A stretch of DNA of 63,313 nt, counting the filler, from Chiloscyllium plagiosum (taxonomy: Eukaryota), in assembly GCF_004010195.1 (NCBI RefSeq). It is 6 parts of one record of this genome, joined end to end, with 100 filler letters (N's around TTAATTAATTAA, not from the genome) between each part and the next. Parts side by side here need not be neighbours in the genome. Positions count along the whole stretch, not along the records: positions 1 to 13,769 come from NC_057717.1; positions 13,870 to 32,378 come from NC_057717.1; 4 more parts are not named here. One strand, 5' to 3'. A program made the translations under genes and the position numbers. Shown here piece after piece: positions 11,420-23,610 of this stretch (its first letter is position 1; the number at the start of each line of letters is the position of its first letter). The notes beneath the pieces are model-generated. The model searched no databases. It worked only from the letters and a program-made list of their open reading frames with translations, and was not told the DNA's origin.

Positions 11420-12790
11420 CTTCCCCACCCGGTCTAACTGTGCTGACACGTTCAGGGATCTATGGACTTGGACACCAAGACCCCTGTGTTCCTCAATACT
11501 CCACAAGGACTTCTGTGCATTCTGTCTCTTCTTCGCTTATCATTCCTTCCACAGGATTTGACGTCACACTGATTAGAAGTAAACTACATCTGAGTTTACT
11601 CTGCTCAGTTTATCATCTGATCGATTTTAGACTGGAGCCTGAGAATATCCTCCTGACTGTGGACAACACCCTTACCTTTTAGGTCATCTGCAAACCTACT
11701 AATGATACCTTCTGCTTTCACATCCAAGTCATTAATGTACATAATAACCAGCAATGGCTCCTGCACAGGTCCCCATGGTACACCGGCTGGTGAAAGGCTT
11801 CCAAATACAAAAACAGGCCTCCACCAGGTGCGGATCCAATTTGCCAACTTGCCTTGGATCCCAAGGACTCTTCCCTTTTGGACCAGCCTTCCATGTGGGA
11901 CCTTGTCCAAGACCTTACTGACCTCCATGTAACCCACATCATCGGCACTGCTCTCCTCAATATTTTGAGAGACCATTTCAAAAATTTCAACTGAATTCCT
12001 GAGGCGGTATCTTCCTCTACCAAATCCGTGAAGATGCAGCCAAGTTGATCCCTGCCTTTCCAAGTGTTGGTTCATTCTGTCCCTCATAATTGTTCCCAAT
12101 AATTTCCCTCCCCCTGTTGTCAGACTATCTGCTCTGTAATTCCCTGGCCTATCCCTGCTGCCCTTCTTGAACAACTGAACCATATTAGCTCTCCTCCAGT
12201 CATTCTGCACTTCACCTGTGGCCAGCAAAGTATTAAATATATCCACCAGGATCCCAGCAATCTCCTCCCTTTTTTTCCCACAGCACCCTGGGATGCATTT
12301 CATTGAGCACTGGGGATTCTTCCACCTTTATGCCTGTTAAAACTTTTAATACCACCTCCTGATTGATCTTAACATGTTGCAGAACCTCACCATCCCAACT
12401 GAAATCCCCGGCTACAATGCCTTTCTCCTGTGTGAATACAGATGGGAAGTATTCATTGAAGGCCTCACCTACTTCCTCTGGCGCCATACACAGATTGTCC
12501 ATTTGGTGTCTAACAGGTCTCACTCTTTCACCAGTAATCCTCTGACTGTAACTGTACTGATAAAATACCTTGTGGCTTTTCCATAGCACTGTCTACCAAG
12601 GATATTTCATGACCATTGTTTGACCCTCTTTTCTAAGGACCCCCTTGCCCTCTCTATACTTGTAAAGGGCTTCACCTGTGTTTATTGCACTGTATTTTGT
12701 TTATCAAACTCACGATATAACTTGATCAGTATTTGCTGAACTTGCTGCCTTTGCCATTCACTCTTCAAGTAACACACTGGCCATGGATCC
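11420..12790 (-). mobile_element. CR1 LINE ORF2 fragment
   Basis: ORF 11605-12303 with DWRRANMVQLFKKGSRDRPGNYR, LDKVPHGRL, YINDL, ISRFADD. Confidence 0.92.
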
Positions 12791-12884
12791 TCACTGTATC
12801 ATTTTAAAATACTCCCACTTTGAAAATAAAGCCCCATCTGCAGGCATTTCCTCCCAGTCTCTGTTTTTCAGATCCTGTCTAATG

Positions 12885-13769
12885 ATAGCAGTAATGACAG
12901 GAGACTCTGTTGTGAAGGGGACAGACAGAAGAATGTGTGAATGAAGAATCAGGATGGTGTGCTGCCTCCCGGCTAACAGATTCAATGATGTTTCGGAGTG
13001 GTTTCAGAACATTCTGAAGGTGGAGAGTGAACAGACAGAGGTCATTGTGTACATCGGTCCACATGACAGAGGTAGACAAAGGGATGGGGTCCTGTGAAAT
13101 GAGTGCCAGTTGTTAGGTAAGAAGTTAAAAAGCTGACCTCAAGGGTAGTGATCTCCAGATTACTCCCAGTGCCACTCACCAGTGGACATAGAAATGGAAG
13201 GATAGGTCGGATGGATGTGTGGCTGAGGAGCTGGTGTAGGAGCAAGGGTTTTCAGTTCTTGGATCATTGGGATCTCTTCAGGGTTAGGGGTGACCTGCAC
13301 AAGGGAATGGTTTGGACTTGAATCAGAGGGTCACCAGTATCACTGCGAGGAGATTTGGTAGTGTTACTGTGGAATGTATAATCTAGTTAGGCAGGAGTTT
13401 GAGACTCTTAATAAGAGAGGGACAATTGAAAAGTCAGGGGAAAATACATTAACCATCAAGAGCAAGTTTCCTATTCAGGATATTCTGGGGCACAGTCAAA
13501 GGAGGGAAAATACATTTGGTTTAAAGGGCATTCATTTCAACACACGAAGCGTGACTGGTAAGGCAGACGAGCTCAAAGCATGGACTAGCTCTGGGGACTG
13601 GGATATTATACACATAACAGAAACATGGCGGAGGGAAGGGCAGGACTGGCAGCTTAATGTCCCAGGATACAGAAGCTACAGGCATGACAGAGGGACAAGT
13701 AAGTGAGGAGGGGGAGCTGTCCTTTTGATAAGGCAGGAAATAAAAACAGTGCTTAGAGAGGATACTCTT
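12885..13769 (+). mobile_element. CR1 LINE 5' part: esterase-like ORF1 remnant plus APE endonuclease start
   Basis: GDSVVKGTDRR/MVCCLP motif, then FNTRSVTGKADELKAW...WDIIHITETW...PGYRSYRHDR. Confidence 0.85.
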
Positions 13770-13869
13770 NNNNNNNNNNNNNNNNNNNNNNNNNNNNNNN
13801 NNNNNNNNNNNNNTTAATTAATTAANNNNNNNNNNNNNNNNNNNNNNNNNNNNNNNNNNNNNNNNNNNN
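13770..13869. other. Artificial contig-join spacer (also 32379-32478, 45261-45360, 53471-53570, 59931-60030)
   Basis: 44 N + TTAATTAATTAA (stops in all six frames) + 44 N, identical at five positions. Confidence 0.97.
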
Positions 13870-14480
13870 CTCCCTTTCCCCCTTCCCCCACTCCTTTACT
13901 CCTTCTCCTTCTCCACCCCTCTGCTTCCCCATCTCATGCCCCTTGTTCACTCCTCTCTCCTCCCTCCCAACACTTACTCCTTCACCCGTCCTTTCCCCCC
14001 TCTGCTTTCCCCCTCCTTCCCCACCTCTCCTTGCCACCCCACCCATAGGTATATGCAATGACTGACTATGTGATAACAAGACCTGTGGGTGCAGTAGGGA
14101 GCTAGGAGATGGAGGAGTTGAGACCCAAAAATATGGAAATGGATATGGAGTCCGGAGGGCAGCGGAATACCCACACGGATAATGAAGTGTTCTTCCTTAA
14201 GCATATGCTGAGCTTCACTGGAACACTGCAGTAATCCTGAGACAGAGATGTTGGCCAAGGAACAGGGTGGGCTGTTCAAGGGGCAGGGGCGTGGAAGCTC
14301 CAGGTCTTCTTGAAGACAGAATTTGGATTTTCTGCAAAGTGGTTCCCCAGTCCACACTTCATTTCCCAAGATAGTGGAGACCATCGAGCAAGCAATGAAT
14401 GTACTCAACGGGATTGTGCGAAGGCAGGGAAAGTGTTACTGCAACTGGAAGGTAAGTTTGGGTCTTCGATACTGAGGAGG
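13870..14480 (-). mobile_element. Penelope-like element C-terminal (GIY-YIG-side) remnant with adjacent low-complexity tract
   Basis: ORF 13974-14408 contains ISVSGLLQCSSEAQHMLKEEHFIIRVGIPLPSGLHI, typical of a PLE C-terminus. Confidence 0.7.
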
Positions 14481-14569
14481 GAGGTTGTCAATAGACAGGT
14501 GAGGAGAAACAAGAAGCAAACAGGAAGGGAAACCCAGGAAATATTATTTGAGACGTTGGAAATTATGAG

Positions 14570-17430
14570 GGTAACAAAGCTATCATAAAGACACTTTACC
14601 TAAATGCTGGCAGCATTCGGAACAAGGTTAGAGAGTACTGGCACAAATCATCACAAAAGAATATGATTTAGGAACCATTACAGAGACATGGTTACAGGAT
14701 GGTCACAATTGGGAAGTAAATATCTCGGGGTAACAGACTATTCAGAAGGACAGACAGGAGTGTATAGAAGGTGGCGTCTCTCTGATATCAGGGCGGTGTT
14801 GCGAAGTGTTATGGGTAGTAGGAAGAATGAGTATGAATCCATTTGGGTGGAAATTTGAAATTCTAATAAAACGTTTTCTGCTAGGCCTAGTCTCTCGGCC
14901 ACCAAATAATAACATCACCCTGAGGAGGGCAATAAACAAAGAAATAACTACAGGCGGTCAAAATGGGCCGGATCTTATCATGCGGGATTTCAATCTACCA
15001 TCTAGATTGGTCGACCCAGCTCGGTCAGGGAGCCTTGAGGAGGTGTTCGTTGAGTGTATCCGCAATAGTTTCCTTAAACAGTTTGTAACGGAAGCGGCGA
15101 GGGAGCAAGCTCTCCTGGCCTTGTGCAATGAGGCAGGAATAATGAATGAGCTCATTGTTAGGGATCCCCTTGGAAGGAGTGATCTCAGTATGTTTGGATT
15201 TCGAATACAGATGGAGAGTGTGAAGTTAAAATCCAATCCCAGGCTCCTGTGCATGTACAGCAGGGACCACAATGAATGAGGAGGGAATGGCTAAAGAAGA
15301 CTGGAACTAAACTGATACAACTGGCGAGCAGTGGAGGACTTTCAAAAAAATGTTTCAACGTGCTCAGCAGAAGTATGTTCCAGTAAAAATAAAGGACTGT
15401 AAGAAAATATGTAATCTGCCCTGGGTGTCTCAGGAAATCAAGCAGGCGATCACATTGAAAGATGAGACACACAAAGTGTTCAAAAACAGCATGAAACTGG
15501 AAGATTGAGAAAGCTTTAAAGGTCAAAAGATAGGCTCAAAAAATATAAAAAACCGTACGAAAGAACAGGAGAGAAAAGCAATAGCACAGAATTAAAAGAC
15601 AGATAGCAGGAGTTTCTGTTATAATTTTAAATAAAAAAGAGTGGCTAAGGTAGATGTTGGTCCTTCAGAGGATGAGAAGGGGCATTTAGTTATGGGCTGT
15701 GATGAAATGGCCGAGGCATTGAAGATGTATTTTGTATCCGTCTACACAGTGGAGGGCAGTAATGAAATGGCAATGATTGATAAAGAGACGAAGGTAGGTG
15801 AGGACCTGGAAACAAACATTATTACAGAAACGCTAGTGTTGGGCAAGCTCATGGAGCTCAGGATAGACACGTCTCCTGGCCCTCCTGGAATGCATCCCAG
15901 GATACTAAAAGAGACAGCAGGGGACAAAACAGGTGCACTGGCGGTAATTTTCAAAATTTGCTGCACTATGGGGCAGTTCCAGCAGATCGTAAAACAGTAA
16001 GTGTGGTGCTATTGTTTATAAAGGAAGGCACACAAAAGATGGCGAGTTAAGGATAAGTTAGCATAACATCTGTAGTGGGGAAGATGTTCGAATCTTTTAT
16101 TAAGGAAGGCATCACTACAGAAATTGGACAGACGCAGCATGGGCTCATGAAGGGCAGGAAAGGCTTTCACAGATCTTTTGGTATTCCACGAAGACATTAT
16201 GAGCATGGTGGACAACGGGGACACAGTGGATGTGGTGCACCACGATTTCCAACAAAAAAAAAATCCTTCAACATGATGCCACCAAAGAGGCTGATGCAAA
16301 ATGTAAGATGCGTGATGTTCAGGGTAGAATATTAGCACGGATCGAGGATTGATTGAATTGTCCAATAGGAAGCAAAGCGTGGGGATAAATGAGTGCTATT
16401 CCGGCTGACAATCAGTGATTTGTAGTGTGCCTCAGGGATAAGTGTTGGGACTGCAAATATTTACAACTTATATCGAAGATTTGGTGTTGGGACCACGAGT
16501 AGCATGTCAACGTTTACAGATGACAGTAAGATGAATGGCAGAATAAAAGGTACAGAGGTCTGTGAAACTTTGTAGAGGAATATGGATATATTGAGTGAGT
16601 GGGCAAAGTTCTGGCAGATGGAATACAATGTTAGTAAATGGGAAGGCATATGTTTTGGTGGTAGTAAACGCAAAAAAGATTACCACTTGTTTTGATAAAA
16701 AGTTGCAGCATGCTGTTCTGCAAAGGGACCTGGGTGTCCTTGTGCATGAATCACAGAAGGTTGCTCCGCAGGTACAACAAATCAATCAGGAAGGCAAATG
16801 GAATGTTATCCTTCATTGCGAAAGGAATTGGGTTTCAGAACAGGGAGATTATCTTTCAGCTGTACATGGTGGGGTTCGGCTATCCCTGGAGGACTGTGTG
16901 CCAGTACATCCTTATTTGAGAAAGGATGTACTGGCACTGGAAGGGTTGCAGAGTAGGTTCACTGGGTTGATTCCGGAGTTGAGAGGGTTGGCTTTTCAGG
17001 AGAGACTGAGTAGATTGGGATGATATTCATTGGAATTTAGAAGAATGAGGGGAGACCTAAAAGAAACATACAACAGTTTGAAGGTTTCAGATATGACAGA
17101 AGTAGAAACGATGTTTCCACTAGCGGATGAAACTTGGACAAGAGGGCGTAGGCTCAAGATTAGAGGGAACAGATTCAGCACTTAATTGAGAAGGAACTTT
17201 TTCACCCAGAGGATTGTTAATCTTTGGAATTCTTTGCCTAGTGAAGCAGTTAACACTACTTCAGTAAATGTTTTTAAAGCTAAGATTTTCTTTAACAATA
17301 AAGGAAGGAAGGGATGCAGTAAGAGGACGGGTAAGTGGATCTGAGTCCATGGAAAGATCAACCATGAGCTTATTGAATGGTGGAGCAGGATTGAAGGGTC
17401 ATATGGCCTACCCTTGCTCCTCGTTCTGAT
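14570..17430 (+). mobile_element. Long decayed CR1-clade LINE (endonuclease, RT, 3' tail)
   Basis: YLNAGSIRNK, ITETWLQ, DPLGRSD, SPGPPGMHPRILKE, TFTDD, KDVLALEGLQSRFTGLIPEL, LWNSLP; many stops and frameshifts. Confidence 0.92.
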
Positions 17431-18726
17431 CTGCTGTGTATGTATGTGTCACATCTTCAGTGATTACAGGGCAAGATTCCATGGGGCTCTGGGGGGAGGT
17501 GTTGAGAGTGAAGGCAGAATGCACCAGTGTTTCCCAGAGGGAATTGTCCCTGCGGAATGCGGACAAGGGATGGAAGTGGAATATGTGTATGGTGATGGCA
17601 TTTCACTGAAACTGGTGGAATTAAAAAATATATGTTTAAATGTTCACTTGAAGCATCACCGCGCATAAGGCTACAGACCAAGTTCTGGAAAATAGGATGA
17701 GAGTGGATATATGCGTGATGCCTGACATCGGCGAGATAGGTCAAAAAGCCTCTTTCAGTGCTGTAAAAGTCCCAGTCTCTGTGAGAAACTAACTGCACCA
17801 GCCATATTAACACTGTTGTCACAACAGCAGGTCAGAGTCCGGGATTTTTATAGTAAGGAATACACTTCTTTATTCCCTGAAGCCTATCTGACATGTAGCC
17901 TGCCATTACACGCCGCCCTGTTGTTCGTGAGTAGCAGCCTCCATTAACAGCTATTTACTCTCCAAGCCAGATCATTATCCATTCAATTGTCCAACTGTTC
18001 TTCTCTTTCTTTTGGGTGTTTTGCCCGCCTATTATTTACTCCTTTAGAAGACAGAAGTAAGAAACATGCAGGGATACTCCCTGCTTGCCTGGATGAGTGT
18101 AGTGTTGGGAAAGCATGGCGCACGATAAACACCGCAGATAAGGCAGCATCCGAGTAGCAAGGGACATTTCAATTATGACCTTCTTGAGGACTCCTAAGTG
18201 CAACTCCAACAATATGGCAAAGCTCAACATTATCCAGAACAGAACAGCCGAATTGATCAGAACCACGTTACTGACGACCAAGATCCACTTCCTTCACCTG
18301 CAAATACTCAGCCAGGCAGTCTGTATTATCCACAAGATGCAATGCAGAAATTTACCAAAGCTCCTGTTACAGTACCTTTCAAACTCACAACCACTTACAT
18401 CGAAAAGGAAAGGTTAGCAGATAGATAGGAAAACCCTACAAACCACTTACCATCCTGATCTGGAAATATTTTGCCATTCCTTCAGCGTCACTGGGTCAAA
18501 CTTCTGGATTTCCCTTCTTTATGTTTGGATCTACCAACAGTAAATGGACAGCAGTTGTTCAAAAGGTAGGCCATCATCACCTTGTCCAGTAAATTTAGCA
18601 ATGGGCAATAAATGCTGACCTCGTCTGGAATATCCACATCTGACGAAGAATGAAAATTTCTGCTTTTGTGTTTTTAAAAGTTCTCAATTACTTGGCTATT
18701 TCTGTTTTAATTTCATAAATATTAAA

Positions 18727-20070
18727 GATGAGGATTTGCAGTTGGAAAACTGAAATGAAGTATCAGATCAGAATCTGATGAAGTTGCTCTCTTTGATGTC
18801 GCCTGAATCTCATCGACCTTTGAGAATGAAATGAGGAAGCAACATTCACATTTGAGTGAATCCATTCACTTGGTGGCACGGTGGCACAGTGGTTAGCACT
18901 GCTGCCTCACAGCGCCAGAGACCCGGGTTCAATTCCTGCCTCAGGCGACTGACTGTGTGGAGTTTGCACGTTCTCCCCGTGTCTGCGTGGGTTTCCTCCG
19001 GGTGCTCCGGTTTCCTCCCACAGTCCAAAGATGTGCAGGTCAGGTGAATTGGCCATGCTAAATTGCCCATAGTGTTAGGTAAGGGGTAAATGTAGGGGTA
19101 TGGGTGGGTTGCGCTTCGGCGGGGCGGTGTGGACTTGTTGGGCCGAAGGGCCTGTTTCCACACTGTAAGTAATCTAATCTAATCTAATCTAATCTTGGTC
19201 TGTCAGTGAGCAGGGCATCTGCCAATCATCTAGCTTTTCAAAATATAAATGGAGGGACACTGGAGGTAAACTAGAATTGTGGTGACCGACGAAAGGATTT
19301 AATTTCTCGTCTGCTCTGAAAATTCATCAGTGCAGCCACACTGGGGAAAAAAAAACACTTTCAACTTTTCGGAGTGTGGGAAAGGATTTGCTCAGTTATC
19401 TAACCTGCTGATACACCAGTGGGTTCACACTGAGGAGAGACCATTTAATTGTCCAGAGTGCGCCAAATGCTTTAAAAATTCTCAGGAGCTGATGCACCAT
19501 CAAAAAGTTCATACTGATGCGAACCAATTATAGTGCTCTCAAAGTGGGAGTGGGATCAGGCCAACATCTGATCTCACTTTACATCAGCGAACACACTGGA
19601 GAGAGGCCGTTCACCTGCTCTAACTGTTGGAAAGGATACAGTCAGTCATTCAGTCTGCTGAGACACCAGAAAGATCACACAGAGGAGAGACCACTCATCA
19701 GCTGTGTGTGGGAGGAAATTAATTGATTCCAGCAACCTGCTGAAATACAAGCATTTTCACAATGGAGAGAGCCCATTCACCTACTCTGAATGTGGGAAAG
19801 GACCTCTCACTGATCAAATTTACTGAGACACCAGAGAAGTCACTTTGGCGAGAGGCCATTTGTACGTTCCAAATTTGGGAAATGATGCATTTAATTCACC
19901 CATCATACAAATACACCAACTGGTTCACAGTGACAAGAAACTGTTTAATTGCCAGAGTGTGGGATGTGCTTTATCAGTTCACAGGAACTCAAGTCCCATC
20001 AACGTGTTCACATTGATGTGAAATCATTCACGCGTTCTCACTGTGGGATTGGGTTCCCACTGAACATTGG
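18727..20070 (+). pseudogene. C2H2 zinc-finger array pseudogene (terminal exon), interrupted by a SINE
   Basis: Fragments ECGKGFAQLSNLLIHQWVHTEERPFNCPECAKCF...HQKVH and [34 protein letters not shown] in shifting frames with stops. Confidence 0.88.
18875..19193 (+). mobile_element. Full-length HE1-type tRNA-derived SINE
   Basis: A box tggcacagtgg, B box ggttcaattcc, CR1-like 3' end gggccgaagggcctgtttcc, (AATCT)n tail; probable TSD CTTGGT at 18869-18874 and 19194-19199. Confidence 0.95.
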
Positions 20071-20462
20071 CACAATTTAGCTGCTGTATCTCCCACAACA
20101 GCGACTACACTTCACAACGACTTCAGTTGCTATGGAACACATTCATGAATCCTGAATTTGTGAAAATACGTTTATAAAAACAAATCAAGACTTAGCAATG
20201 AATAAATGACCCAAGAACAGGGCAGTAAATGAATTTCTACCAGTGTCATCTCATGGGAGAGAAACTATGTTTAAAACAAAGTGCATTTGATGTGATTGAC
20301 ACCTGAAAAAAAACTCTAGTTCAAGTAAAGAGATAATTCACATCCAATGAAGTAAACCACTGCTGACAGAATGAACACAGCTTGAGTTCTGGATGCAATA
20401 ACAGCAGAGCACAATTACATGCGACATCACTGGAAAGTGTGTGTGTCATCATAGTCTTACCA
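19787..20462 (+). repeat. Duplicated ZNF-pseudogene 3' segment (paralog at 31331-32003)
   Basis: Colinear from tgaatgtggg..gacctctcactgatc to catagtcttacca, with scattered substitutions. Confidence 0.93.
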
Positions 20463-20670
20463 GTCCACAGGGACTGCTCTCTTCAAAAGAGAGAAAAGCG
20501 ACTCATGGTGATTTGACCAGAGAGCCCCAGACCTCAGGTGAGGGAAGAATTTGAGAAGGAGAGGCCATCATGGTAACCTCAAACTAGTAATGGGAATTGA
20601 ACACATACTTTTGGCATCACACTGCTCTGTCGACCAACAGTACAGCCAACTCAGCTAAAGCGATTCCCCC
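20446..20670 (-). mobile_element. tRNA-derived SINE (second copy 20983-21207)
   Basis: Reverse strand starts ggggaatcgctttagctgagttgg (A box) and contains tgttcaattccc (B box). Confidence 0.7.
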
Positions 20671-21519
20671 TCACTGGGGTATCACATGTGGGGATGAATA
20701 ATTGAATCCCTTGCTACACCCACTGCAGGTGAACGGCCTCTCCCCACAATTTGCTTGTTGGTGCTTCATCAAATCATTGCCACTCAAAAAGCTCTTAAAT
20801 GTTCTCTCATTGGTGTGAACAAAGCCATAGCTGCTGAGATTGGACAACCGCGTGAACCCCTTCCCACACAAGGAGCAGGTAAAAGTTGTGCTCACTGAGT
20901 ACAGGTGATGAAGTGAATTCTTTCCCACACTCAGTGCAAGCGTATAGTCTCTCTCTAGAACGGCCACACCTGCGTATTTGAATCATCATAGTCTTACCAG
21001 TCCACAGGGACTGCTCTCTTCAAAAGAGAGAAAAGCGACTCATGGTGATTTGACCAGAGAGCCCCAGACCTCAGGAGAGGGAAGAATTTGAGAAGGAGAG
21101 GCCATCATGGTTACCTCAAACTAGTAATGGGAATTGAACACATATTTTTGGCATCACACTGCTCTGTAGACCAACAATACAGCCAACTCAGCTAAAGCGA
21201 TTCCCCCTCACTGGGGTATCACATGTGGGGATGAATAATTGAATCCCTTGCTACACCCACTGCAGGTGAACGGCCTCTCCCCACAATTTGCTTGTTGGTG
21301 TTTCATCAAATCATTGCCACTCATAAAACTCTTAAATGTTCTCTCATTGGTGTGAACAAAGCCATAGCTGCTGAGATTGGACAACCGCGTGAACCCCTTC
21401 CCACACAAGGAGCAGGTAAAAGGTGTGCTCACTGAGTACAGGTGATGAAGTGAATTCTTTCCCACACTCAGTGCAAGCGTATAGTCTCTCTCTAGAACGG
21501 CCACAGCTGCGTATTTGAA
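20446..21519. repeat. 537-bp tandem duplication (SINE plus ZNF fragment)
   Basis: Units 20446-20982 and 20983-21519 are near-identical; ORF ends 20671 and 21208 differ by 537. Confidence 0.95.
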
Positions 21520-21760
21520 GCTTTGTTGATTTAATAAATCCCTTCTCACACACAGAGCAGATGGGTGGTCCCTCCCCAGTGTCCACTCAAGGTTGACATT
21601 AGCCTGAAATGTGAAGTTTATTCCTTTCCAAACAGAGCAGACAAAACTTCTCTCCCGATGATGAAGATGCTTGTGTGACATTAAGCTGGATCACCAAATG
21701 AAAACTTTCCCACACATGGAACAGCTGATTAACTTCTCCTCCACAGATGTGTTGTCCCAA
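20671..21760 (-). pseudogene. C2H2 zinc-finger pseudogene, convergent with the + strand one, partly tandem-duplicated
   Basis: [56 protein letters not shown] in broken frames. Confidence 0.85.
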
Positions 21761-21769
21761 TCGAATTGG

Positions 21770-22015
21770 TGTTTTTTTCCATCCGTGTGTAGGGCTACGA
21801 GGAAGAGAGGGTCGTGTCTTTTTGTGGCTAGCTAGTGTTCGTGTATCTTGGTGGATAATTTTCTCACAAGCAGGAGGCTACACCTTTGCTTCACTTGGAG
21901 GTCGCCACTGATGATGTTACCTAGCCAGGTAATGAAACGTCTGGATATCAAACCTACAGCTCAGCAAGCAAACCTCCACCCTAAACCTCAACCTGAGCTA
22001 CAAACTTTCACTTAC
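21770..22015 (+). mobile_element. Penelope-like terminal fragment (PLE family 2)
   Basis: Hammerhead motif followed by ...agcaagcaaacct...aacctcaacctgagctacaaa terminus, also seen reversed at ~22895-22935. Confidence 0.72.
21905..21944 (+). ncRNA. Minimal type I hammerhead ribozyme motif (PLE family 2)
   Basis: Stem I CCA/UGG, CUGAUGA 21908-21914, U, stem II GUUACC-UAGCCA-GGUAAU, GAAA, CGUC (predicted cleavage after 21941). Confidence 0.72.
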
Positions 22016-22279
22016 CTTACAATAAACATGTTCCCTATATGTCCAAATGAATTTAGTGACTCTGTTGGATTTTTATATCATGTTTGATTTGACTCACTCT
22101 TCTTCAATTCTTTCAATCTATTTATTTGCAAAATGATTTTCAAATATTCTCTCGGTCCATACAGGGTAAAATCTCAGAAGAAACAAACCCAATTTCAGAA
22201 AGAAATTCTTCCTCTGTTATACATCTTCACCCAAACATATGATCCAATCATATTGATAGATGCAAAAAACCCGATCAAA

Positions 22280-22700
22280 AGCAAAAAGAAACCTTCCTGA
22301 ATAATTCAGGTTGTTGTTCGCAACATCTGTGAGACATTGTGTGTTCTGAGGTATAAACCTGTTGAGGGATGTATCTCGCCAACTGGTGGATAGCACAGCC
22401 CCCTATCCAGAAGGATGTTACACAAGAGATGATAGCTTTGCTGCTACTGTACATCAGGGGTGAAGAAAAGGGATGGTGAAGGTTGTTTACAATGAAAAGT
22501 GCTGTTTTGTTCCAGATGTTGACAAGCTTCTTGTGTTGTTGTAGGAGCATTCAACCAGTCAAATGGAGAGGATTCCGAGTCACACCTGATTTCATCTTGA
22601 AAGGTGGGCAGACAGGAGGTGAGTTGAGCACTGCAAGACTTATCACCTCTGCCCTGACCCTGTGTCAAGACTTGTACGGTGAGTCCTGTTCAGTTTCTCA
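22280..22700 (-). mobile_element. Old Penelope-like remnant
   Basis: Reverse translation GGCAIHQLARYIPQQV resembles the PLE GIY-YIG region (GxTSQRLADRIKQHV); heavily decayed. Confidence 0.45.
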
Positions 22701-22891
22701 TCAATATTACACACTCTGAATGCTGCTCATAGAGGATTCAATCATGATATTATTGTTGAATGTCAACAAGTGATACTCAGATTTTCTCTTGTTGAAGATG
22801 GCCTTTCCCAGGCACGGATGTGATACCGCTATTACTTGCCACTTGTGCAGATTTTATATGCTGGCCAGGTCTTGCTACATGTGGGTATGCG

Positions 22892-22991
22892 ATATTTGAG
22901 AACATTTTTAGCTGAGGTTGAGGTTCAGGTTGTAAGATTGTTCTCAAAGAGAACAAGCCTACCAGCTCAGAAAGCAAACTTACAACCTGAA
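22892..22991. mobile_element. 100-bp inverted PLE-terminus insertion
   Basis: Inverted repeat gttcaggttgtaag (~22923) / cttacaacctgaac (~22979); flanked by catgtgggtatgcg (22878-22891) and catatggatatgcg (22992-23005). Confidence 0.65.
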
Positions 22992-23304
22992 CATATGGAT
23001 ATGCGCTACATCAGTATCTGAGCAGTTGAAAATGATGCTGAATATTGTCCAATCGTCACCCAATATCCCTACTTGTGAAGGGAAAATGATTGGTGAAGCA
23101 GCTGAAGGTGGTTCGGCCAAAGACTCGACCCTGAGGAACTTCTCTCTAACGAAGAAGGTCTGGATTCTCAAGCCCCATCTGCTTCACAAGTGGGACATGA
23201 CATGGTTCACTCTGTGTCTATTGTCCACATTTCCAGCCAACCCTGCATACCTCTTCCAGCACCTTCTGATTGACTCTCAGATTTTCAGCATCAGCAATCA
23301 CCCT

Positions 23305-23610
23305 CAGGCCCTGCCCCGCGCTGTGACGTCAGTGACCCGTCTACGCATGCGCCCAGATCCCCAGCCAAGATGGCAACTGTTCATCTCGGAACAGCGATAC
23401 ATTTCACCGCAAGTTATTTTTCAACGTGCTCGCTTCTCGCTGAAAGGTTTTTTAAACGCTCTCCAGCTCCTGCAGCCTTACCTTATTGGAAAAGCGCATC
23501 TCTTCCCATTTCCCACGGAGATAAAGTCGGTACTGCCAATATGCTGCCCTTGCCTGTCGTGCGTATAGAGGGCATTTATCACCGCGTGGGATGCTGGGTA
23601 GTTACAACCG
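23305..23610. promoter_or_regulatory. Putative housekeeping-type CpG promoter
   Basis: CRE TGACGTCA ~23324, NRF1-like CGCATGCGC ~23344, YY1-like AAGATGGC ~23367, ZNF143/Staf-like CTACCCAGCATCCCACGCG on the reverse strand ~23583-23601. Confidence 0.55.

Noticed and set aside
18875..18950. tRNA gene (also 34036, ~20600, ~50025)
   Set aside because: A/B boxes continue into SINE bodies and tails; no cloverleaf or terminator.
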